Shown here piece after piece: positions 56,019-64,000 of a stretch of DNA of 64,000 nucleotides (positions are counted from its first letter, which is position 1; each line of letters begins with the position of its first letter). Made by a program: the position numbers and the translations under genes. Under the pieces are notes generated by a model. That model saw only the letters and a program-made list of their open reading frames with translations. It searched no databases and had not been told where the DNA came from. The stretch is from the NCBI GenBank assembly GCA_951406725.2, contig OX597815.1, positions 42,284,001 to 42,348,000 of the forward strand, given 5' to 3'. Source of the DNA: Octopus vulgaris (Eukaryota).

Positions 56019-57267
56019 TATGCATTTATTTTTATATACATATGAATATATATTTGTATATACATGCACATAAGTATGTTTATACATATATATTTATATG
56101 CATTATATGTATTTCTCTCCATACATATATATATATATATATATATTTGTATATATACATGTATGCACATATAAATAATATTCTTATATTCTTCTATATG
56201 TTTCAGCCCTAAGGCTGATATATGTATATCACATACACACATATACATACACATAAATATATATATCACCTTAAAAACATCTCGTTATAAAACTCATTGA
56301 AACATCATACAAAATCAATTTCATATTGTAATGAATACATAATACAAATTTATGTTTTGCACGATTTCTTTCTTTATCAGGAAATTCAGTGTAAATAACA
56401 AAAGGAAGTTTTTCTTAATTCTAAAAAGAATTCTTGACTTTCTTACATCCATTTGTTGGAACAACAATATGCTGCAGATAATGTAAACTGGAACACCAAA
56501 ATAACTTAGATATTTAGAATCCATGTAGAAAGGAGGGCGATCGCGTGTTTGTTATACGTGTCATGCTGTTTGTATTTCCTAAAATTTGCGTATATGCGCG
56601 CGTTAGCTGAATGCAGGAAATAGAATACAAAGATTAAATAAATTACAATACTTAGTTAATGATATGAGTCTAAATCCTGCTGAGGTCATCTCTAGCCTTT
56701 ACTGTGTGGTTCAAGAAAACAATACATCAATATATCAATTTGGTTATTTGGTAAGAAGTTTGCTTTTTCAATCTAATAGTCCTGTGTTCACTTCCATAGC
56801 GTGCATTCGGTAGACGGAAACTGAAAGAGGCCCGTTGTATGTAAGTATGTATGTATGTATGTATGTATGTATGTATGTATGTATGTATGTATATATATAT
56901 TTCTAATGTTGACACATCGCTATCGAACTCGAAAGGACTATCCTAGACATATTTCAGTATTTATTACGACATCATTAGCGAATCATAAACATTACGTATT
57001 TACCAGTATAGCAATGGAAAATGTCTATCTAAATGTACTCACTAATGATTGGTAAGAAAAGTAGAAGTGTTTGGAGAATTTTGGAAATATATGTAACGAA
57101 CTTTTTCAGGGTTGGTCGTGTTTAAACGAAAAAATATTCCTGCTACTGCTATTATAATAGATATCTGACATTGTTTGCAATTGTTCATGTTGACTACTCA
57201 CAGGTCAGTCCAAGGCGTATGATCAGTGGAGTTCTAATCGGGAGCATTCTGCTGTTTCATATATTCA

Positions 57268-57490
57268 TAGGCGCTTGGGTTTGTGATTGGCGTGTTGCGC
57301 TCATGGTCGTAAGATTGTAGTTTCGATTCCTGGACCGGGCGAGCGTTGTGTTCTTGAGCAAAACACTTCATTTCGCGTTGCTCCAGTTCACTCAGCTGGC
57401 AAAATGAGTAATTTTGTGACAGACTGGTGTCCCGTTCAAGGGGGAATATATAAGCCACAGAAACCCGAAAACTGACTCTATAAGCCTCTT
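57268..57490 (+). mobile_element. Family C SINE
   Basis: gtttcgattcctggaccgg..ttgagcaaaacacttcatttc as at 36919-37168. Confidence 0.8.
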
Positions 57491-58574
57491 TGATCCTGAT
57501 ATTACGCTGTTTCCTATTTTCTATGTGGTAATAGAGTGTAATTTGATAGAGACATGACTACTACGTCCCAACATTGAGATGTAGTGAAGTGAAAACAAAC
57601 AACGTTTCTTTAGTTTAATTCCAATTCGACTTTTAGTGCTAATGTCTTTACATAATTCTTTTTGAGTTGGCAATTGTTTTTTAATAGAGGAATAATGCTG
57701 AGTCGTGAAGTTTAGGTTTTTTCCCAAAAGTATTAGCTGCATGATGAAGAGATATGACTTAAAACGGGAATCGTAAAACAAATTCTTTAGACCTTCGTAA
57801 CTTGTGAATATTAAAGTAACCTTTGAAAAATGTGTTCTTTTACCATCTATGAATACTTATATTTCGTTCCTGCCTAACCTACTAAAATCATACAAATGTT
57901 TGATCTGAATTTTATAACCAACAACTGAGGAACAAAGCAAATTGTAATATAAATTTATTCAAGTACATATTATTAAGACAAGAGCTACCAACTAAAATGT
58001 ATGCTTCCAGCAAATTTTGCTCACATTCGTAGGAACGGCACGTATATAATAACAGGAATTTTTTCCTTTCCTTTAAAAATCTTTGGCTTCACACGTTAGT
58101 TGAGAAAATTACGGGTAACCTCTCCCACGCGTTTTTTTATAGTATTGTTACAATGTTTTTCTGTTAATCTCAGAGCGTGTGTGTATATGCGCGAGTATGT
58201 ATGCAAACGCACACACACACATATATGCTACCATTATTTATAAAAGCATCAGTGTGTGTTATTAGTCACTGGTGATATGATGAATGTGTGTTTACAAACA
58301 GGTATTTCCATTTGTATCAATGTGTGTGTATACTTATGGTTAATAATACTGATTTCAAGGAGAATACACGGTCTTTTCAATATTTGCAACATTTTGGTGA
58401 AGATTGACGGTTGTAAAATTTAAAATTAGCAGTTAGGAAAGAAAACTACGGGTATAATCTTTTGAAGTGGAATTAACACTACAGTGAAGTAGGAATAGAT
58501 ATTTCTGATAGAAAGTTGAGTTTCATGTTACTTTTTCCCACTTTTTACATATACCAATATTCCAATATATACAC

Positions 58575-58725
58575 AGGCATAGCTTGTATTTAAGAAGCTC
58601 GCTTAACTCTGTACTTTCGAATTTAGTCCCATTCCACTTTACCTTATGTGTCTTCTGCTGAAATTCAAGGCCGACTAATGCCTTGAGAGTGACTTTGTTT
58701 GCCAGAAACTGTGTGGAAGCTTGTC

Positions 58726-58805
<80 letters not shown>

Positions 58806-59029
58806 AGAATTCACAAAAAACAAAAGACGAAGACAGGTGGTGTAGGCAACAAGCAGATGTATTAGTATAACGCTCGGGAAGTGAAAAAGTTTTTAACGTT
58901 TCGAGCCTACGCTCTTCTACAGAAAGGAACACAGAAAGAAACAAAGAGAGAAAATAAAGAGGGAAAATGAAGAATGTGTAGTGGCAAGCGATCTATCATG
59001 GCAATCTATCGTTCACACACACACACACA

Positions 59030-59078
<49 letters not shown>

Positions 59079-59280
59079 GTGTGTATGTTTATGTTTGTAC
59101 CCCCACTACTGTTTGGCAAACAATATTGTTTTTTGTATGTTTACATAGCATAGCGGTTAAAGGAGACCGATAGAATAAAGTATCAGACGTAAAAATAAGT
59201 AATGGTGTCAATGGTTCGAATAAACTCTTCAAAGCAGTGCCCCAGCATGGCCGCAATGACTGAAACAAGTAAGAGATAAA
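58575..59280 (+). mobile_element. Family A SINE (decayed) with an insert in its microsatellite linker
   Basis: 5' half ~58575-58727, (TA)n, insert 58803-59005, 3' half ~59085-59280. Confidence 0.65.
58803..59005 (-). mobile_element. PLE-terminal-repeat-like element with variant hammerhead motif
   Basis: Homologous to ~11298-11485; UUU-CUGUAGA-A-GAGC-GUAG-GCUC-GAAAC-GUU-AAA at ~58889-58928. Confidence 0.62.
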
Positions 59281-60379
59281 ACAATTTCACTAGGTTGGTA
59301 TTTATTTCCACTGTGTGTAATGTTAAGTAGATAAATGAGAAACCTCACCTGGCTAGAACGCCATAATCTTGTGTGGAGCTTTACCTGTAGGAGACATGAA
59401 CTGTCCTGCAAGTTAATGAAATTCTCGTAAATTCCACAGTATTATAACAGCAGTAAATTACCCCACCTGCAGAATGAAAATACCCGGGTAGTTGAACTAC
59501 AACAATCTTGGTGAGGAACATGACACCAATTATTGGTTGTTTAATTTGGATTTACTACTTGTCGTATCCATGGATTCAGTACCAAGACTTGGAATTGTTG
59601 CCCATTTGAGATTTATCATGCTCGTCTTTAGACCAAGAACGAAAAGAACCTATCGTCTGGTTCTTGCACGATACCCGGAAATCCAATATCAACTCCTAAG
59701 CCTGTTTTTAATCTTTCAGTCAGGAGGTAAAACAATGATCATTGTCTCTCTTACAATGTCTCCGAAACTGGTTGGAGGAAGGTATCCATAAGCTGAAAGC
59801 CTGTAACAAAGTGGATTCAATGTACCAGATAGTGGTGTTAATCCAAGAGACAGATTCAATAAACCACTAAGAAACTACAGTAGGATTTGAACCGAGGACA
59901 TTAGCCGGAACAAATATGCTAACGTATTCGGTCTGATGTTCTTACTGTTCTGCCTATCTACCGTGCAGTAATTACTTTATTTTTATCGACCCCGAAGGGA
60001 TGAAAAGTAATGTTGACATACAAATATATTGTCCATAGACACCTCTAGTCTGGTTGTTTATTGTTCTGTCGACTCGGTTATCAGTTATCTACTGTTGATC
60101 ATTATAACAATTTATTCTTTTATATAAATGCCAGCGAAAAAATGGCATACCCTTGTAACCAGGAGGTTTTCGCTTCTCGACGGTAGTATAAATACAAAAT
60201 TTTTTCCTCAATGTTTGCTTAATTCTTTATTGCATCACTGCATAGAGTGAATATCGTGCTAAGTTCAATATGATTATTTATTTTCAATATGACTGCTCGA
60301 GTTCATTAACATCATGCAATATCTAATTTCAGCGCTTAGATCTTTCAGATGTTGTTATAATTATAACTATTATTATTAT

Positions 60380-60690
60380 TCGGCATTTTCTCAGCTGTAC
60401 CTTCAGAGTTCAAATGCCGACAAGGTGTTTTCCTTTCATACTTTGGTGATCGATAATATAGTTGAACACTGGGGTCAATGTAATCGACTAAACCCACTTC
60501 TTAAAATTGCTGGCCTTGAGCCAAAATGAGAAAGGATTATCATTACTAGCAGAATCGTTAGCACGTCGGAAAAAATGCTTTGTGGCATTTCGTCTGTTTT
60601 TATGTTCTGAGTTCAAATTCCACCGAGGTTGACTTTGCCTTGCCCCCTACACCAAAATTGCAGGCATTGAACCAGAATTTGTAAGCATTA
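60380..60690 (+). mobile_element. Tandem family B SINE pieces
   Basis: gagttcaaat..gaggttgactttgcc bodies separated by (ATT)-rich spacers. Confidence 0.7.
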
Positions 60691-60699
60691 TCATTATTC

Positions 60700-62680
60700 A
60701 CGTTCAGAATCAGTGTCCTTGATATCGGGTCACAACCAGTTTCTTATCGAGTTACTTTCTTACAATCCTTGGTGTTCCCAATAGAGGAAATTTCTGAATT
60801 AATGCAACTCTTGTAGTTACACCAAACTCAACAAGGAAACTGCTAATTCTGTTGGTGATGGTACCTCGGGCACCTATAACAACTGGGATTACTTTTGTAG
60901 AAACTCTTCACTTTCTTCGCATTTCCCTAGCTAATTCCTAGCATTTTCATATTTTCTCATGTTCTTTCATTGCAACATGTTTGCAGATATAGCAACATCC
61001 ATTGTGATGTACTACTTTTAAAAATCTTGTCCAGAACGTTAATATCTGGTCACCTGTCATGAATTTCGCGATCAGCCTGTTTATTAAAATCTCATGAAAC
61101 TTTATACTGGTCGTTCTCTTTTACACTCTCTGGTAGATGTTCGTACCATTTTCTTCCTACTCCAAAACCTCTTGGCAGTAATATGTCCCAGTGTAGTACC
61201 TTGCTCACCCAACCGTATCTGCGTCTATACTCCTGTGCAAAAGAACTACTTGAACTTATTATGTACATAATGAGTTTCTCTTTCTCATTACATACTCTGC
61301 TCCTCGCATTTTTCGCGGATTTGTCTTCTTTTGCCTTAATGATATTCGTCCGCAATAACTGGCTTTGGTTAGCCATTATGAGTTTTTCCGTTTCTTTCTT
61401 AAACTCTCCATTCTTCATCCATAACCAAGACTCATCAGCTGCTGCGTCCTGCGTTTGTCTGAGACGTTGAACGTACATTTCTTTTCCCCAGATGTTTCTT
61501 CCTCGCTCTTGTTTTTGTCTTTTCTTATATTCCGTGACAGTCTCCATAACCTCTTTCTCCTCTGGCAACTGAAATCAGGTTTTCTATGTTACGTCTCACA
61601 CACCTTTCTATATCACGTTCTGATATCTCAAGACTATCGCCTACTGATAAAATTCCTCCTCCCTCCTCTTGTGGTCGGTATAACCTATCGACACTGTCTC
61701 TGGGATGTACGTGGACATTGAGTTTCTGCTTTTACAATCTATGTCTCTTAGTTCTTCCTTAGACTAGTTCAAGAAATTAGTAGAATATTGTGTTAGAGAC
61801 CCTGTCCATGCATTTGCTGCAGAGATGCTTTTCCCTCCATTCAGTTTTGAGCTTAGTACCTTTCTCTCCTGCAATATTCATTTCTCACATTCCCTTTCAT
61901 TTCTTGACAGAGAATTCTATCTGTCTCCAATACACCAAGGTATTTGTAACCGTCACCTTCATTATTGCTTTAACTGATGTCTCATCTGGGAGTTTAATCC
62001 CTTCTGACTTGGATATTTTTTCTCTCCCTATTACTAGCGTCGCACACTTACCAATTCCAAACATCATACCAATGTCGTCACTCGCAACTCTAACAGTCTG
62101 GACAATTGAAACTAAAATTTTCTTACTTTTTGCAAATAACCTCAGATCATCCATAAACAGGAGGTGGTTTGAGTTTTTCTTCACCACTACTAAATTTGTA
62201 ACCTGATTTAGCTACTCTCTAAGTCAATGTAAGAGGGATAATAGTAACCTCGAGTAGCATAGTTGAGTGTATAACCTTGGAATATTCCCCTACTTCACCT
62301 AATTTATCTTGACCTGATACTAATATAGTTCTCCATGCTGGAATTCTGTTTTGTAAGTGCTGGACAACATTTTCAGTTATCCCAAATATATTGAAGCATC
62401 GTAGAATCCGTGAGTGTGACACACAATCATATACCTTTTGCTAATCAATCCATAATGTTAAGTTTTTCTTCCTGCTTTTGACGTCCCGGAGGACTTCCTG
62501 ATCTATATATAATAGGTAGCTTGTCCCTTTAGAATTTTTTCTACATTATTTCTGTTCTTATGGTAGTAGATTTTCCACCTCAAGGTATATGTATGTATGT
62601 ATCCTCAGAACAGGAATTCAACAATTACTACTACCATCCACAGCGGGCAGTTGACCATTTAACATACTACTGTCATGGCA
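60700..62680 (-). mobile_element. R4/Dong-like (RLE) non-LTR retrotransposon remnant
   Basis: WID*QKVYDCVSH, NHLLFMDDLRLF, GMMFGIGKCA, decayed CCHC knuckle (RVC..YRRRY..V.KVLHW), WYEHLPE, PD endonuclease motif, IPVVIGARG. Confidence 0.85.
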
Positions 62681-62688
62681 CTCCCACA

Positions 62689-62808
62689 TTCTTCTTCTTC
62701 TTCTTCTTCTTCTTCTTCTTCTTCTTCTTCTTCTTCTTCTTCTTCTTCTTCTTCTTCTTCTTCTTCTTCTTCTTCTTCTTCTTCTTCTTCTTCTTCTTCT
62801 TCTTCTTC
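62689..62808. repeat. (TTC)n trinucleotide tract, ~40 units
   Basis: Directly visible. Confidence 0.97.
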
Positions 62809-62809
62809 A

Positions 62810-63305
62810 TTCGGCATTTCTTCTGGCTATACGTTTCGAGTTCAAATGCCACATATGTCTTTGCCTTTCATTCATTCGAGGTCGATATTTCAATGCCTGC
62901 ATTTCGTTCGTCTTTGAGTTCTGAGTTCAAATTCCGCCGAGGTTGGTTGACTTTGCCGTTCATCTTCTCAAGGTCAATAAATTAAGTACCAGTTGAGTAT
63001 TGGGGCCGATGTAATCACTTATCCCCTTCCCGAAATTGCTAGCCTTGTGCCAAAATTTGAAACCGTTGTTATTGCTATTATTAAGACAGTAAACAGGTAG
63101 ACTCGTTAGCATGCCGGGCAAAATGCATTGCTGAACTTCGTCCATCATTACATTCTGAGTTCAAATTCCGCCGAATCGACTTTGTCCTTCATCCTTTTGG
63201 AGTCGATGAAATAAATACCAGTCGAGCACTGATGTCGATGTAAGAAATTAGCGCCCTCTCCAAATCTTGAGGATTTGTATCTGTAGTAGAAAAGATTACT
63301 ATTAT
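62810..63305 (+). mobile_element. Cluster of about three family B SINE pieces
   Basis: gagttcaaat(g/t)cc at ~62838, ~62923 and ~63157. Confidence 0.78.
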
Positions 63306-63339
63306 TCTGCCAATAGTTTCGACTACTATATGGCTTCAA

Positions 63340-63900
63340 CATTTACAGTCATGGTGTAGTTGTAGAGAAGAGACTGATGTTTGATATGTCGATAATTTTA
63401 AACTAGCCATACCGTCCAGAACTTTCCATGCAAACACCTTTTTCACTATGAGTATTACTCGGACTAGCGTCCTTGATTTCCCAAAGCAGAGCTTCTTTCG
63501 TCATTAGAGGTGAAAGATCAGACAGAATGTTATAGCTGATGACCTTGGTTTTTATTGCGTTTCACTGAAGACCACTTTAGCATACTCTACCTCCACATAG
63601 TTTCTATATGAATATAAACTCTATAGTTAGAATTATTTTGATAATTCAAACTATTCAGTATTGAAAGAACAGACTAACGAAGATAGAAATCTAGTTAGAT
63701 CTGTTGTTTGTCATCAAGTCCGCTTGTGCAATTTATCGAATAAGACTGATTGTTGTAGAGCTGAATGCTCTGCACAGATATTCAAAGTCGAGATGGCATT
63801 CATAACGTATGGATCAGGAAGCCGTAGTGGTATCTTGTCAATAGTCACATACTATTAATAACATTTATGTAGTATTTCGAAACTGATTAAGTGTCATTTT
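63340..63900 (-). mobile_element. Possible PLE GIY-YIG remnant
   Basis: Minus-strand LLWEIKD..AWKVL resembles the LSxYIWxLK..IxWKI motif of some PLE endonucleases; very degraded. Confidence 0.4.
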
Positions 63901-64000
63901 ACTCACAAGATATTCTTATTCATCGATGAAATTTGTTTTCACGAGATCTTGTTTTGATTTACTGTTTCCTTGCTTCATTCTGTCAACACGAGTGGCTTAG

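Noticed and set aside
62560-62985. Poly-Phe/poly-Ser ORFs
   Set aside because: Produced by the (TTC)n tract and SINE sequence.

Overview
AT-rich, repeat-saturated eukaryotic DNA; the SINE repertoire, 5S sequence and dense (TA)n/(CA)n/(TATC)n tracts suggest a cephalopod (Octopus-like), which is my inference. I can support no intact host gene: nearly all ORFs are microsatellite artefacts or decayed transposon frames. Content: three non-autonomous Helitrons, a Helitron Rep/helicase remnant, a Helentron-type element, mariner (DD34D), maT (DD37D) and DD37E Tc1-like remnants, CR1-, RTE- and R4/Dong-like LINE remnants, Penelope-like (PLE) RT/GIY-YIG remnants, many tRNA-derived SINEs and a 5S rRNA copy inside a SINE. 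The most striking signal is a recurrent short fold-back architecture (inverted arms, one-sided ~40-50 nt tail, minimal type I hammerhead-ribozyme-like motif), in some cases with tRNA-like Pol III promoter boxes (best example 52.75-53.2 kb). This points to tRNA-headed, hammerhead-bearing non-autonomous retroelements probably mobilised by PLEs. About ten hammerhead-like motifs were found by eye; the best-formed is at 11193-11250 (-). Element boundaries were read manually and many are approximate.
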